A DNA stretch of 64,000 nt from Dehalococcoidia bacterium (GCA_034435835.1 DAOTWF010000017.1:145113-209112); one strand, 5' to 3'; positions 9,184-22,806 are shown, counted from the first letter of the stretch. A program made the numbers and translations. The notes: generated from the sequence alone by a model not told the origin.

Positions 9184-10020
9184 ATGCCAGACCGCGAAGA
9201 GGACAAAGCTAAAATAAGGCGACGGGCAAGCCAGGAGGCGATATCTTTGGCGATGCAAAACCGCTGGCAGGAGGCGGTGGCGGTAAACCAGAGCATAATT
9301 GAGCTTTTTCCTACAGATATTGATGCCTATAACCGCCTGGGCAGGGCTTATATGGAACTTGGTGATTTTGCTAAAGCCAAGCAGGCTTATGCCAAGGTGC
9401 TCGAGCTTGACCCCAACAACTCCATCGCCCAGAAGAACCTGCAGCGCCTGTCTCTATTACCTGATAAGAAGGTGGAGGTGAAGGAGGAACGCCATGAGGT
9501 CTCCCCGGGAGCTTTTATCAGCGAGATGGGGAAGACAGGCATCGTGGGGTTACGGGAGCTGGGGCCGCGTGAAGTTCTGGCAAAGATGGCGCCCGGAGAC
9601 CAGGTCATTTTGAAGGTGAAGGGGCAGCGGGTTATTGCGGAGAATGAGCATGGGGAGTACCTCGGTGTGGTGGAACCTCCCCACGGGCTCCGCCTTGCCA
9701 GGCTGATGCTGGGCGGGAACCGTTACGCCAGTGCCATCGTGAGCATAGATGTCCACGGTGTCAAGGTCATTATCAGGGAGACATTCCAGCACCCGAGTCA
9801 GGCGGGAAAGCTATCCTTCCCTGTGAAAGCGATGGAGGGGTTCCAGCCCCATGTGAAGGACACGCTGCTCCGGGGCGGGGCTGAGGAGGAAGAAGAGGTC
9901 GAGGAAGCTGAAATGATGGAGCTCGAGGAAGGCGAGCTTTTGCCCGAGGGCTTTTCCATATTTGAAGGCGTGCCCCCGGAGGAGCCTCTGATCGAAAACT
10001 CCCTTTTTGAAGAACAGTAA
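9184..10020 (+). CDS. TPR-repeat protein with an acidic C-terminal tail
   Basis: 278 aa. Tetratricopeptide-like repeats ([32 protein letters not shown]). Glu-rich tail [18 protein letters not shown]. Confidence 0.65.
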   Translation: MPDREEDKAKIRRRASQEAISLAMQNRWQEAVAVNQSIIELFPTDIDAYNRLGRAYMELGDFAKAKQAYAKVLELDPNNSIAQKNLQRLSLLPDKKVEVKEERHEVSPGAFISEMGKTGIVGLRELGPREVLAKMAPGDQVILKVKGQRVIAENEHGEYLGVVEPPHGLRLARLMLGGNRYASAIVSIDVHGVKVIIRETFQHPSQAGKLSFPVKAMEGFQPHVKDTLLRGGAEEEEEVEEAEMMELEEGELLPEGFSIFEGVPPEEPLIENSLFEEQ

Positions 10021-10048
10021 ACCATTCCCGCTTTCAGGAGTGTATGCT

Positions 10049-12502
<2,454 letters not shown>

Positions 12503-12514
12503 CCCACCCTGGCG

Positions 12515-13123
12515 GTGATGGAAAAGATATTACACCTTCTCCAAGAATTTGGCCTCACCTTCGTACCACTCTTCGTGGCTATGGATGCGGTGGGCACCCT
12601 GCCCATTCTGTTGCCGCTGATGCAGGACATGAAGCCGGGCGAGAGGCAAAGGGTGGTGCGGCTGGCGATGTTCACCGCCTTGGGCTTGGGGCTGGGCTTT
12701 GTTGCCATAGGCAAAGGTATATTCCTCTTTCTGGGCATTGAGGTGGCTGACTTTCTGGTCGCCGGCGGCCTTATCCTGCTAATTCTGGCGGTCAAAGAGA
12801 TTACCGCCGGCAGGATGATAGAAGCCCAGGCTTCGCTGGGAGCAGAGTTACTTGGTGCGGTGCCCCTGGGGACGCCGCTGGTGGTGGGTCCAGCTGTGCT
12901 CACCACCCTGCTCATCCTCATCGACCAGTATTCCCTGGTCATCGTCATAATCTCCTTCATCCTAAATTTGGCTATCGCCTGGGCGCTCTTCGCCCAGGCT
13001 AACCGGGTGGTGAGTTTCCTGGGAAGGGGTGGTGTCAGCGCCATATCCAAGGTGGTCAGCCTGTTTCTGGCGGCGATAGCCATCAAAATGATCCGCCAGG
13101 GCTTGCTCAGCATATTGGGCTAA
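12515..13123 (+). CDS. MarC family (UPF0056) integral membrane protein
   Basis: 202 aa. Multi-pass hydrophobic profile typical of the MarC family. Confidence 0.75.
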   Translation: MMEKILHLLQEFGLTFVPLFVAMDAVGTLPILLPLMQDMKPGERQRVVRLAMFTALGLGLGFVAIGKGIFLFLGIEVADFLVAGGLILLILAVKEITAGRMIEAQASLGAELLGAVPLGTPLVVGPAVLTTLLILIDQYSLVIVIISFILNLAIAWALFAQANRVVSFLGRGGVSAISKVVSLFLAAIAIKMIRQGLLSILG

Positions 13124-13219
13124 AGCCTCTCCCGATATTCGGGCGGTTCGAAGTGATAAGATGGTTGGTCTATAATATTAGGGGCTATCGTTATGCGCAA
13201 GACTGCCAGGAGGGAGAAA

Positions 13220-13666
13220 ATGGTCGAGCTCAGGAGCGACTGGACAGAGATTGTGGTCACCATGCACCGGGAGATGGGGCGGCTGCTGGACGATTTTTCC
13301 AGCCGCAAGCCACCTGCAGTAAGGTTTTCCCCGAGGACATGGGCGCCGGCAGTAGACGTCTTTGAGACCGCTGATGAGGTGGTGGCTCTATTCGAGCTTG
13401 CCGGCGTAAAAGAGGGGCAGATAGAGGTGGAGGTGTACGGGAAAGAGCTTATCGTCAGGGGAGAGCGGCAGGACGTAAAGCAGGGGATCAGTCGGAGCTA
13501 CACGCAGATGGAGATACTCTGGGGACCCTTTGAGCGCAGGGTGACCCTGCCGGCGGCGGTCGAGGTGGAGAAGACAAAGGCATTTTATGAGAACGGTTTT
13601 CTGGAAGTTGTCCTGCCCAAGGTGAAGGTCGAGGTGCAGCGGCGGGTGCAGATAAAGGGCAAGTAG
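13220..13666 (+). CDS. Hsp20/alpha-crystallin family small heat shock protein
   Basis: ATG at 13220 follows AGGAGGG. Alpha-crystallin domain (WAPAVDVFETADEVVALFELAGV...FERRVTLP). Confidence 0.85.
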   Translation: MVELRSDWTEIVVTMHREMGRLLDDFSSRKPPAVRFSPRTWAPAVDVFETADEVVALFELAGVKEGQIEVEVYGKELIVRGERQDVKQGISRSYTQMEILWGPFERRVTLPAAVEVEKTKAFYENGFLEVVLPKVKVEVQRRVQIKGK

Positions 13667-13686
13667 TATTCTTGTGAGGAAAAGAT

Positions 13687-16047
13687 ATGGAGGTCAGAGA
13701 GGAAGCTAAAGGGACCAAGGAGAAGTTCCGTATACCTGAGGAGATGCCCGTTTTCCCCAGCGGTCAGACGGTGGTGTACCCGGCCATAATCATTCCGCTG
13801 GGCACTGCCGAGGAGAAGCTGGTCAGGCTCATAGACGAGGCAGCCAGCAGGGACAAATTCGTCGGCTTTTTCGCACAGCGTCCCGGCTCTGGTGACTTAC
13901 CACTGCCTGAGAGCCTGTATTCTGTGGGTACGGTAGCCGTAATTGCCCGCATGTTCAAATTGCCCGATGGCTCCATCAGGGCTTTCTTTCAGGGGATATC
14001 TCGCGCCAGGATAAAAGAGATAACCCAAGTGGAGCCATATTTGAAAGCGAAGATTGAGGTGCTTGAGGATAAGGTGGAGCGGACCACAGAGCTGGAGGCG
14101 CTGACGAAGAACTTGCTCAGCCTTTTTCAGAGGGCTGTGGAGCTGGCGCCAAACCTGCCGGCTGAGCTCAGCATAGCTACCCTCAATATCCCAGAGCCGG
14201 GCACACTGGCTGACTTCGTCGCCGCTCACATCAGCCTCAAGCCCGAGGAAGCACAGGAGATACTGGAGACGCTGGACGTCAGCGAGCGCATAAAGAAGCT
14301 GACCGCTTACCTTAACCGCGAGCTCGAGGTGCTGGAGCTGGGCAGCAAGATCCAGTCCCAGGTGAAGCAGGAGATGGATAAGGCGCAGCGGGAATATTTC
14401 CTCCGGGAGCAGTTGAAGGCGATCCAGAAGGAGCTCGGCGAGCTTGATGAGCGGACGATGGAGATAAATGAACTGAAGGCGAAGATAGCCGAGGCGAATA
14501 TGCCCCCGGAAGCGCAGAAGGAGGCGGAGCGCGAGCTTGACCGGCTGGCGAAGATGCCGCCAGCCGCTGCCGAGTACACCGTATCACGCACCTATCTCGA
14601 CTGGCTCATCAGCCTTCCCTGGTCCAAGAGCACCGAGGACAACCTCGATATTGCTAAAGCCGCCCAGGTCCTGGATGAAGATCATTACGACCTGGAGAAG
14701 GTGAAGGAGAGGATCCTGGACTATCTGGCGGTGCGGAAGCTGAAGCCAGATATGAAGGGACCGATACTATGTTTTGTGGGACCGCCGGGCACGGGCAAGA
14801 CCTCTGTGGGGCAGTCCATTGCCCGGGCTTTGGGGAGAAAGTTTGTGCGCATGTCGCTGGGCGGTATCCGCGATGAGGCAGACATACGTGGCCACCGGCG
14901 CACTTATGTCGGTGCCCTGCCAGGGAGGATTATTCAGGGCTTGCGCCGCGCCGAGTCCAATAACCCGGTATTCATGCTAGATGAGATAGACAAGGTGGGT
15001 GCCGATTTTCGGGGCGACCCCTCAGCCGCCCTGCTGGAGGTCCTCGACCCCGAGCAGAATTATGCTTTCGTGGACCATTATCTCGACGTGCCCTTTGACC
15101 TTTCTAAGGTCATGTTTATCACCACGGCGAATATCACCGATACCATCCCTCCGGCGCTGCGCGACCGTATGGAGGTTCTGGAGCTTCCCGGATATACCGA
15201 GCAGGAAAAACTCCAGATTGCCAAGAAATACCTCGTCCCCAGACAGCTAAAGGAGAACGGCCTCAGCCCCGAAAAGCTGGAGATAAGTGATGACGCTATT
15301 CTGGCGATCATCCGCAATTATACCCGGGAAGCCGGGGTGCGGAATCTAGAGCGAGAGATTGGGGCGATCTGCAGGAAGATCGCCCGACGCATGGCTGAGG
15401 GCTTTGATGGGCGGATGGCGGTGACGCCTGAGAGACTGCAGGAATTTCTCGGGGTGAGAAAGTTCCTTCACGAAGTGGCTGAAAGGGAGGACGAGGTAGG
15501 TGTGGCTACCGGGCTGGCATGGACGCCCGTGGGCGGCGATGTCATCTTCGTAGAAGCCGCACTGGTGCCGGGCAGGGGTAACCTTATCCTGACGGGGAAG
15601 CTGGGCGATGTCATGCAGGAGTCGGCAAAGGCGGCGCTTACTTATGCCCGCTCCAGAGCCAGTGCCCTGTGCATACCTGAGGACTTCTATGAAAAGAAGG
15701 ATGTCCATATCCATGTGCCTGCTGGGGCTATCCCCAAGGATGGGCCTTCGGCAGGGATCACCATGGCGGTGGCTCTGGTCTCAGCCCTCACCGGTAAGCC
15801 TGTGAACCGGGAGATCGCCATGACCGGCGAGATTACCCTCAGGGGTAAGGTGTTACCCGTAGGTGGCATAAAGGAAAAGGTGCTGGCAGCACATCGGGCT
15901 GGCATCAGGAAGGTGGTGCTGCCGAAGGAGAATGAGAAGGACCTTGAGGAGGTGCCTGGGCAGATCAAACAGGAGCTGAGCTTTATTTTCGCTGAAGACA
16001 TCGACAACGCATTGGCAGTAGCCTTGAAAGACGGGAGGACAGCCTAA
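13687..16047 (+). CDS. lon: ATP-dependent Lon protease
   Basis: 786 aa. LON N-domain, AAA+ Walker [10 protein letters not shown], proteolytic Ser-Lys dyad region (PKDGPSAG). Confidence 0.95.
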   Translation: MEVREEAKGTKEKFRIPEEMPVFPSGQTVVYPAIIIPLGTAEEKLVRLIDEAASRDKFVGFFAQRPGSGDLPLPESLYSVGTVAVIARMFKLPDGSIRAFFQGISRARIKEITQVEPYLKAKIEVLEDKVERTTELEALTKNLLSLFQRAVELAPNLPAELSIATLNIPEPGTLADFVAAHISLKPEEAQEILETLDVSERIKKLTAYLNRELEVLELGSKIQSQVKQEMDKAQREYFLREQLKAIQKELGELDERTMEINELKAKIAEANMPPEAQKEAERELDRLAKMPPAAAEYTVSRTYLDWLISLPWSKSTEDNLDIAKAAQVLDEDHYDLEKVKERILDYLAVRKLKPDMKGPILCFVGPPGTGKTSVGQSIARALGRKFVRMSLGGIRDEADIRGHRRTYVGALPGRIIQGLRRAESNNPVFMLDEIDKVGADFRGDPSAALLEVLDPEQNYAFVDHYLDVPFDLSKVMFITTANITDTIPPALRDRMEVLELPGYTEQEKLQIAKKYLVPRQLKENGLSPEKLEISDDAILAIIRNYTREAGVRNLEREIGAICRKIARRMAEGFDGRMAVTPERLQEFLGVRKFLHEVAEREDEVGVATGLAWTPVGGDVIFVEAALVPGRGNLILTGKLGDVMQESAKAALTYARSRASALCIPEDFYEKKDVHIHVPAGAIPKDGPSAGITMAVALVSALTGKPVNREIAMTGEITLRGKVLPVGGIKEKVLAAHRAGIRKVVLPKENEKDLEEVPGQIKQELSFIFAEDIDNALAVALKDGRTA

Positions 16048-16049
16048 CC

Positions 16050-16748
16050 ATGAAAAAACTGGTGTTTGTCCACGGTGCCGGCAATACCGGCAGGGTCTGG
16101 TACTACCAGACTAAATACTTTGCTGACTCAGATGCCGTCACCCTGCCAAACCATTCCGCTGACGGTCCTTTTACCAGCATTGAACAGTATACCGAGTGGC
16201 TCCACGATTATATCCGCCGCAGGGGCTACCAGAAGCCGGTGATAATCGGGCATTCCATGGGCGGCGCCATTGCCCAGCGTTATGCCTTGGACTATTCCTC
16301 CGAGATCAGCGGGCTTGTCCTCATCGCCACCGGTGCCAGGCTGCGTGTTAGGCCCGACTTCCTGCAGGCGATGGAGAATGCCGTGGGTGCCCCGCCGGAG
16401 GAGGCGAGAAAACTGGTAGAATCATTCTACAGCCGCGTCCCCGCTGAGGTGAGAGAGATGATAATAGACGATGTGGTCAGCATCGGCGTGGCAGCACGGC
16501 TGAACGGGTTCAGGTGCTGTGACCGCTTCGATGTCATGGACAAGGTCCACCTTATAAAGGTGCCCACTCTGGTCATCTCCGGCACCGACGATGTGATGAC
16601 GCCACTCAAATATGCCCGCTACCTGGCTGAGAGGATAGAGGGCGCCAGGTTGGTGGTCATCGAAGGTACCACCCACTTTGTCTTTCTGGAAAGACCTGAC
16701 GAGGTGAACAAAGCCATCGATGAGTTCGTGCAGAGCCTCCAGAATTAG
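16050..16748 (+). CDS. alpha/beta hydrolase fold protein
   Basis: 232 aa. Nucleophile elbow GHSMGG. Confidence 0.8.
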   Translation: MKKLVFVHGAGNTGRVWYYQTKYFADSDAVTLPNHSADGPFTSIEQYTEWLHDYIRRRGYQKPVIIGHSMGGAIAQRYALDYSSEISGLVLIATGARLRVRPDFLQAMENAVGAPPEEARKLVESFYSRVPAEVREMIIDDVVSIGVAARLNGFRCCDRFDVMDKVHLIKVPTLVISGTDDVMTPLKYARYLAERIEGARLVVIEGTTHFVFLERPDEVNKAIDEFVQSLQN

Positions 16749-16828
16749 TCCTTGTGCGGCACAGGAAAACCTTTTTTGGGCGCATAAACCGAATGGGGAT
16801 TTTTTATAGCAGGACTCGGGGGTGAGTT

Positions 16829-17287
16829 ATGAGGATCGGTGTGCTATCTGACACTCATGTCCAGAGGTTGGCGGAGCTGCACCCCGAGATTATTAAGAGC
16901 CTGGGCGATGTGGACCTAATCGTCCATTGCGGGGATTTTGTGGGCATCGGTGTCCTGGAAGGGTTGCGGCAGATGGGGGAGGTGAAAGCAGTGCGCGGCA
17001 ATATGGACTCGCCGGCAGTAAAGGAAGCGCTTCCTGAAAAGGAAGTCTTTGTCATCGCCGGCAAAAAGGTGGGGCTTGTCCATGGCTGGGGAGCGCCGAT
17101 AGGTATCGAGGAAAGGGTGCGCGGGCTGTTCGATGACGTCGATATCATCCTCTTCGGACACAGCCACTGGGCGAAATGTGAGCGCATCGGTGGCGTATTT
17201 TTCTTCAACCCCGGTCCTGGCTCGCGCTCCTTTGGCATCATCACCATAGGTGACGATGTCAGCGGGAAGATAATTAAGGTCGGCTGA
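16829..17287 (+). CDS. YfcE/MJ0936-family metallophosphoesterase
   Basis: 152 aa. Motifs LSDTHV, GDFV and GHSH. Confidence 0.8.
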   Translation: MRIGVLSDTHVQRLAELHPEIIKSLGDVDLIVHCGDFVGIGVLEGLRQMGEVKAVRGNMDSPAVKEALPEKEVFVIAGKKVGLVHGWGAPIGIEERVRGLFDDVDIILFGHSHWAKCERIGGVFFFNPGPGSRSFGIITIGDDVSGKIIKVG

Positions 17288-17294
17288 GCTGCCG

Positions 17295-18122
17295 GTGATG
17301 GGTACCAGCGTGCAAGGTGGAGAGACCGTGAAGCCGTGGCCCGAGCTCCCCTCTCTTGATAGGCCGGAGATACTGCAGTTCGTCTTTTATCCCCGCCGTG
17401 ACTATTTGCCCGATCTGCCTGCCCCCAATGTCATGTCGGGTACAATCCCCGTGGGTGGTGGGGTGGCTGTTTCCTTCAGCTTCTACTTTGGTGACCGTAA
17501 GTACCCCAATATACTGTTCTTCCATGGTAATGGTGAGCTAGCCAGCGACTACATTGACATCGGCGCAGTTTTCAACAGCATCGGGATAAATCTGTTTGCG
17601 GCTGATTACCGGGGTTACGGCAGGAGCGACGGCAAGCCCACGCTCAGCGATATGATTACGGATGCCCACCACATCTTCGCCGGTTTCAAGAAGGTGCTGA
17701 AGAAGAATGGCTTTTCGGGGAAGCTGTTTGTCATGGGGCGTTCGCTGGGGAGCGCCTCTGCTATCGAACTGGGTTACCATTATCAGGCTGAACTCAGCGG
17801 CTTGATTATAGAGAGCGGGTTTATCAATATCTTTAATTTGCTTTCCTATCTAGGCTTTCCCCTTAGGTCCCTGGGCATCACTCTTCCCGAAGAGCCTTCA
17901 GGCGTACGGATTGCCGGAGGGATACACCTGCCCTCTCTGGTTATTCACGGGGAGCACGACAGTATCGTGCCCCTGGAGGAGGGGAGGTTGCTCTACGCGA
18001 GCATCGGTTCAGAGGACAAGCAGATGGTGGTCATCCCGGGCGTTGGCCATAACAGCATTTTTTCCGGAGGCATGGGGCGGTACCTCGGTGCACTTAAAGG
18101 GTTTATCGCCGCACATCTCTAG
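17295..18122 (+). CDS. alpha/beta hydrolase (BAAT/acyl-peptidase-like)
   Basis: 275 aa. Nucleophile elbow GRSLG; His near the C-terminus (GVGHNS). Confidence 0.75.
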   Translation: MMGTSVQGGETVKPWPELPSLDRPEILQFVFYPRRDYLPDLPAPNVMSGTIPVGGGVAVSFSFYFGDRKYPNILFFHGNGELASDYIDIGAVFNSIGINLFAADYRGYGRSDGKPTLSDMITDAHHIFAGFKKVLKKNGFSGKLFVMGRSLGSASAIELGYHYQAELSGLIIESGFINIFNLLSYLGFPLRSLGITLPEEPSGVRIAGGIHLPSLVIHGEHDSIVPLEEGRLLYASIGSEDKQMVVIPGVGHNSIFSGGMGRYLGALKGFIAAHL

Positions 18123-18192
18123 CTGCTGAATACAGGTTCGCATCATTCCCTTCAAGCTACTCCGGTGTGGTAAACTGTAAGAAGTAGACGTC

Positions 18193-18828
18193 ATGGCGCA
18201 GGAACTGGGCAGGATAACCAGACCAGAAGTCGAAAGCTTTAAAGCAGGCAGGAGACTGTTTCTTATCCCCCTGATATATTCGTTCGCCAATGCCCCTGCT
18301 GAATATGCGGAGAAAGTAGAGCTTTACTGGAAGCAGGTGGATGAACACATCACCAACCTGGAGGCGAAGCTGGGCAGGGTGACGCGCGTCTATCACGAGT
18401 CGGTGAGCGTCGGCGGCGAGGAAGGCTTGAGGATGCTGGAGAGGCTGAACCCTCGTAGCTGCGATATCACCCGACGGAGATGCCAGGCCGGTGCCCAACT
18501 TGAGGCGCTGGAGGACGGGAAGCTTGTAGCCGAGTGTCTGGACTGGGAAAGGTGTCTATTGGTGGGGCTGGCAAGTGAGGCTGCGATTCAGAAGGTCTCC
18601 CAGTTTTATATGGAGGCAGCGAGGAAAAGGTATGAACATATCAGTAAGAGGATAGACGAGACGCTTGGAGAGGGGGAGGTGGCTGCGCTGTTCATCAGGG
18701 AGGGGCATATGGTGCAGTTTCCCAGAGACCTGGACGTTTTCAACGTGGCGCCATCGGCTCTGGACGAGATCCACCGCTGGCTGCGTGACCGTTCCCGAGG
18801 GGCGACAGAGTCCGAGGGTGAAAAGTGA
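18193..18828 (+). CDS. hypothetical protein
   Basis: 211-aa ORF with good codon usage and no recognised motif. Confidence 0.45.
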   Translation: MAQELGRITRPEVESFKAGRRLFLIPLIYSFANAPAEYAEKVELYWKQVDEHITNLEAKLGRVTRVYHESVSVGGEEGLRMLERLNPRSCDITRRRCQAGAQLEALEDGKLVAECLDWERCLLVGLASEAAIQKVSQFYMEAARKRYEHISKRIDETLGEGEVAALFIREGHMVQFPRDLDVFNVAPSALDEIHRWLRDRSRGATESEGEK

Positions 18829-18885
18829 GACACTCCAGCCCCGGTGGCTGGCGGTCCTGTATAGAGCGCTGAGCGGGGTTAGAGG

Positions 18886-19560
18886 ATGACTAAGGACTAT
18901 TACCAGATTCTGGGTGTTCCCCGGAATGCCAGCGACGAGGAGATAAAGAAGGCTTACCGCAGGCTGGCGATGCAGTATCATCCCGACCGCAACCCCGGGC
19001 AGGAGAAATGGGCTAATGAGAAGTTCAAGGAGATAAATGAAGCCTACGCTGTGCTGGGCAACCCCGAGAAAAGGCGTCAGTACGACCAGTTCGGCACCGT
19101 CGGTGCCCCCGGGGACATCTTCGGCAGTGCCGCGACCAAGACGACCTTCGAGGACCTGCTGCGCGATTTCCAGGGCGCGGGCTTGGGCTTTGATTTTCTG
19201 GACGAGATATTTGGTGAGCTGCTCAAGGGCAGAGGTGCCACATTCCGGGTGTTCACCACCGGTCCCGGCAGGGCGAGATTTGGTACGACAGGGGGCATAG
19301 ACTTGGACCAGATACTGCGCCAGACGGCACAGGCGCAGCGGGCACAGCGCCAAAACGTGCATTATGAGTTGACCATAACTCCGCGGCAGGCGGCGAGCGG
19401 TGTGGAGAAGGTGCTAATGAGGAAGGGCAAAAGGCTCAAGGTAAAGATCCCCGCCGGCGTAAAGGACGGAATGAAGGTCAAGCTGACAAATGCCCGCCAG
19501 AAGACCGATGGCATCCCCGGCGATATAATAATCCACGTCAGAGTCAAAGGTGCCCCATAG
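18886..19560 (+). CDS. J-domain protein (DnaJ-like, lacks the zinc-finger domain)
   Basis: 224 aa. YYQILGV...HPDRN J-domain with HPD motif. G/F-rich linker. Short DnaJ-C-like beta segment. Confidence 0.85.
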   Translation: MTKDYYQILGVPRNASDEEIKKAYRRLAMQYHPDRNPGQEKWANEKFKEINEAYAVLGNPEKRRQYDQFGTVGAPGDIFGSAATKTTFEDLLRDFQGAGLGFDFLDEIFGELLKGRGATFRVFTTGPGRARFGTTGGIDLDQILRQTAQAQRAQRQNVHYELTITPRQAASGVEKVLMRKGKRLKVKIPAGVKDGMKVKLTNARQKTDGIPGDIIIHVRVKGAP

Positions 19561-19609
19561 CCTGTCGTGGTATAATGGGCTGTAGGGTGAGAAATTAAGG
19601 AGGCGATAG

Positions 19610-19975
19610 ATGGCAGATGTAGAGGAACTGATTAAGGCGACTCTGGGGCAAATCGAGAAGGTATTGGACTCAAAGACGGTTATCGGTGAGCCGATAACCG
19701 TGGGGGAGACCACCCTTATCCCCTTGCTCAGCGTCGGGCTGGGCTTTGGTGCTGGTGGTGCTGAGGGGAAGGGGGAGACCAGCGGTACCGCCACCGCCGG
19801 CGGTGCCGGTATGAAGCCGATTGCCATCATTGTGGTTACCAAGGAGGGGGCAAGGATAGAGCCGATAAGAGGAGGCCTGGCATCAGCCATCGAAAAGCTC
19901 ACCGAAACATTGCCTGACGTGGCCGCCAAGATAGCTGAAAAATGGGGGGCAGGTAAAAGCAAGCCAGAGGAGTAG
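19610..19975 (+). CDS. YtfJ/GerW-family sporulation protein homolog
   Basis: 121 aa. VIGEPITVGETTLIPLLSVGLGFGAGGAEG...KPIAIIVV pattern of the YtfJ/GerW family. Confidence 0.65.
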   Translation: MADVEELIKATLGQIEKVLDSKTVIGEPITVGETTLIPLLSVGLGFGAGGAEGKGETSGTATAGGAGMKPIAIIVVTKEGARIEPIRGGLASAIEKLTETLPDVAAKIAEKWGAGKSKPEE

Positions 19976-19980
19976 TCGGC

Positions 19981-20619
19981 TTGCTCATCCTCATCATCCT
20001 GCTCAGTCTTACAACTCTGTTTATATTGTGTCTGTCATTGCCGCTGGAAATAGCCATACGCCTCGATTTCAGCCAGAGGGTGACGCTTAGACTGCGTGTC
20101 TTATGGCTGTTCGGTCTGGTAAAGCGGGAGCTGGGGTGGGGAGATGGCGCCGCTGCACTAGCCGGGCTGTCCCGGAGCGGCCGTCGGTTTGAAAGTATAG
20201 CCGGGGCATTCAGGGGCATGCGGCAGGTAAAGGGGCTCTGGGGGCGCTTTCTCCGACTGTTGAAAAACTGCCTTCGGAGCCTGAAGCTGAAGGAGTTTGT
20301 TGCCAGGCTAAAGATAGGGCTTGACAGCCCCGCCGATACCGGTCTGCTGTTCGCTTACCTCTCACCGCTGGGCTTGCTCAGCCTGTTTCCCGGCTGTGAC
20401 ATAGACATACAGCCATCGTTTGAACACGATGCCATTATTCAGGGCTATCTGTCTGCTGTGGTCAGCGTGATGCCAGTCCGGCTCCTCATGGCTGTGGCGG
20501 GCTTTGTCCTTTCCGTGCCGGTTATCGGGGCGTTTGCAGGTGCGCTCGGGGAAAGATGGAAAAGAAGGTCAGGACGGGAGAGGCCATATCCGTCGGCGAC
20601 ATTACCATTGTGCCTGTAA
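19981..20619 (+). CDS. DUF2953/YtfI-like membrane protein
   Basis: 212 aa. TTG start. N-terminal TM segment. Sits next to ytfJ-like genes as in Bacillus ytfI-ytfJ. Confidence 0.5.
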   Translation: MLILIILLSLTTLFILCLSLPLEIAIRLDFSQRVTLRLRVLWLFGLVKRELGWGDGAAALAGLSRSGRRFESIAGAFRGMRQVKGLWGRFLRLLKNCLRSLKLKEFVARLKIGLDSPADTGLLFAYLSPLGLLSLFPGCDIDIQPSFEHDAIIQGYLSAVVSVMPVRLLMAVAGFVLSVPVIGAFAGALGERWKRRSGRERPYPSATLPLCL

Positions 20620-20816
20620 TAGAGGTGCGTCTTAACTGTCGCCGCGTCAACGGTGGTCTTTTCTTCTCTGCCGTGAAACAGCCATGGGCGATTCTGGTAA
20701 TCGCCGGCGGCGAGAGGAGAGCGTTCAGCCCGGAAGGGAAGGAGCTGCCGCTCATGGAGGTGCTGGCGAAGGTTTCGGACACCGGTTACGGGCTGCTTTC
20801 AGACAAGGACAGTTAG
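20556..20816 (+). CDS. second small YtfJ/GerW-like protein
   Basis: 86 aa. GEAISVGDITIVPVIEV...PWAILVIAGG resembles the YtfJ fold. Overlaps the previous ORF's 3' end by 64 nt. Confidence 0.4.
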   Translation: MEKKVRTGEAISVGDITIVPVIEVRLNCRRVNGGLFFSAVKQPWAILVIAGGERRAFSPEGKELPLMEVLAKVSDTGYGLLSDKDS

Positions 20817-21713
20817 CGCCGCTGGCATTATGGTGAAACGTGCCGGCGCCTCACCGAGTAACTCCCCGTCTGCCTGTACTGCCATTTCCACCGAAGGCTG
20901 CACCTCGACTGCCCTTGCCCTGGTGAGGGTGACCTTGGGGTGGGTGAGGTGGGTGCCGCGGTATATTCTGGGCAGCGAGATGAGCAGGTCGGGTTTGGTC
21001 ATATCGTTTATCACCAGCACATCGAAGAAGCCGTCGCCGGGGTCGGCGCTTGGCGCCGGGAGCATGCCGCCGCCGGCGTACTTACCGTTGTTCAGCAGTA
21101 CGGTGCATACCTTCCTGGAGCCGAACTGCCCGTCTATTACCAGGGTGACATCCCTGTTCTCGTAAGTGAACAGGGTGGTCAGCAACCCCATGAGGTAGGA
21201 GGGCATGTCGCCCAGCGCCTTGAACTTCTCGGTGGTGGCTCTCACGATCTCGGCATCGAAGCCCAAGCCAGCAAAGTTTACAAACAGACGCCTCGCTGGC
21301 TTACCTTTGCTCAGGTACTCAGCGATGCCCAGGTCCGCCACCATCTTACCCTGTGGACTCGCCACACGCTGACATGCCTGGCGGTAGTGGCGGGGGATGC
21401 CCAGCGTACGGATGTAGTCGGCACCCGTGCCGGTGTTGATGATCGCCACCACAACATGCTCCAGTCCCCCTCCGTTGTAAATTCCGTTTACTATCTCATT
21501 GAGGGTGCCGTCGCCCCCAACCGATACCACCACCTCGTAGCCTTTGTCCACCGCTGATTTTGCCAGCTCCATACCGTGCCCCGGGGCTTCGGTGATTTCA
21601 AAGTCAAACTCCACCCCCAGAGCTTCAAGCTCTTCTTTTATCCGGGGCCATTTCTTGATCGTCTTACCGGCGCCGGCTGCGGGGTTAACTATTACCTTCG
21701 TCTTCTTGCCCAT
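20799..21713 (-). CDS. diacylglycerol/lipid kinase, YegS/BmrU family
   Basis: Start taken at MGKKTKVIVNPAAGAGK (residue M85 of the longer track ORF). DAGK catalytic motif VVSVGGDGTLNE. Confidence 0.82.
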   Translation of the reverse strand: MGKKTKVIVNPAAGAGKTIKKWPRIKEELEALGVEFDFEITEAPGHGMELAKSAVDKGYEVVVSVGGDGTLNEIVNGIYNGGGLEHVVVAIINTGTGADYIRTLGIPRHYRQACQRVASPQGKMVADLGIAEYLSKGKPARRLFVNFAGLGFDAEIVRATTEKFKALGDMPSYLMGLLTTLFTYENRDVTLVIDGQFGSRKVCTVLLNNGKYAGGGMLPAPSADPGDGFFDVLVINDMTKPDLLISLPRIYRGTHLTHPKVTLTRARAVEVQPSVEMAVQADGELLGEAPARFTIMPAALTVLV

Positions 21714-21909
21714 TGGCTTGTCCTGCGCATAAAGTGCTGATGGCGGTGGCAATGCTTGCCCCTCTAGTATAGCACAGCCGTCAATATACCTAGCGTTGCG
21801 AGGCTCGTGTCTGGCAGAGGTTGGAAGTGCAGTGCTTTTCACCATTGGTGAGGTTTGTGATAGACTAACGGTGCGGACGGAACAGCCGGTGTTGTGATTC
21901 GGAGATGTT

Positions 21910-22806
21910 ATGGAGTCGAGGTCACTGGTCTTCTTAGAGCGGCCGGAGCTGAGCAAGCCCGACATGGTGGTGGCGCTTGCCGGCTGGGCTGACGCTGCCC
22001 AGGTGGCTACCGGCGTGGTGGCTTATCTGGTGAGAAAGCTGGAAGCGAGCAGATTTGCCGAGGTCAACCCGGACGAGTTCTATAATTTCCCCGAGTTGCG
22101 CCCCACAGTCACTATAGAGAACGGTGTCATAAGTTCAATCAGGCTGCCGCGTGCCAGTTTTTTCTACTGGAAGGGCGGGCTTGGAGGGCACGACCTTATT
22201 TTCGTCCACGGGGTGGAGCCACACCATTACTGGCAAAGGTTCAGCGACCTCGTCCTCGATATCGCCGATACCATGGGCGCGCGCCGCATTTATGCGCTGG
22301 GCGGGTTGTATGACAGGATTCCCCATACTCTGCCGACGCGGATATCCGGCGTGGTGAACAGCCCTCGACTTACTGCCTTGTTGGAGGAATTTGGTATTGC
22401 ACCTATATCCTATCAGGGACCAGCTAGCTTCCACAGCCTGCTCCTCACGGAGTGTGCCCGCTTGGGAAAAGAGGCTATCAGCCTCTGGGGACATACCCCT
22501 TTTTACATCCGGATGGAGGCTAACCCCATGGTCTGCCTGGCGCTGGCGCGGAAGCTGGTGGAAATGCTGGGGATAGAGGTCGACCTAGATGAACTGAGGC
22601 AGGCTGGCGAATACTTGCGCGAGATGCTGGACAGGCTCCTTGCCGAAAACAAGGAGATGGCAATCTACATCCAAAGGCTGGAGAAGGAATACCTCTCACA
22701 GCCCGCCCCCTCTACCGAGCGCACCGAGGAAGCCGAGCGCATTATTAAGGAGGTGGAGGACTTCCTGCGTCAGCAGCGCGACAAGGGTGAGGGGACGGCA
22801 GGGTAG
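21910..22806 (+). CDS. PAC2 (proteasome assembly chaperone 2-like) family protein
   Basis: 298 aa. PAC2-family N-terminal pattern (MVVALAGWADAAQVATG). Charged coiled C-terminus. Confidence 0.65.
   Translation: MESRSLVFLERPELSKPDMVVALAGWADAAQVATGVVAYLVRKLEASRFAEVNPDEFYNFPELRPTVTIENGVISSIRLPRASFFYWKGGLGGHDLIFVHGVEPHHYWQRFSDLVLDIADTMGARRIYALGGLYDRIPHTLPTRISGVVNSPRLTALLEEFGIAPISYQGPASFHSLLLTECARLGKEAISLWGHTPFYIRMEANPMVCLALARKLVEMLGIEVDLDELRQAGEYLREMLDRLLAENKEMAIYIQRLEKEYLSQPAPSTERTEEAERIIKEVEDFLRQQRDKGEGTAG

Noticed and set aside
13124-13219. Possible CIRCE/HrcA element or RNA thermometer upstream of the hsp20 gene
   Set aside because: No TTAGCACTC-N9-GAGTGCTAA inverted repeat. Only a plain -10-like TATAAT and an AGGAGGG RBS are visible, so there is no basis for a specific heat-shock operator call.
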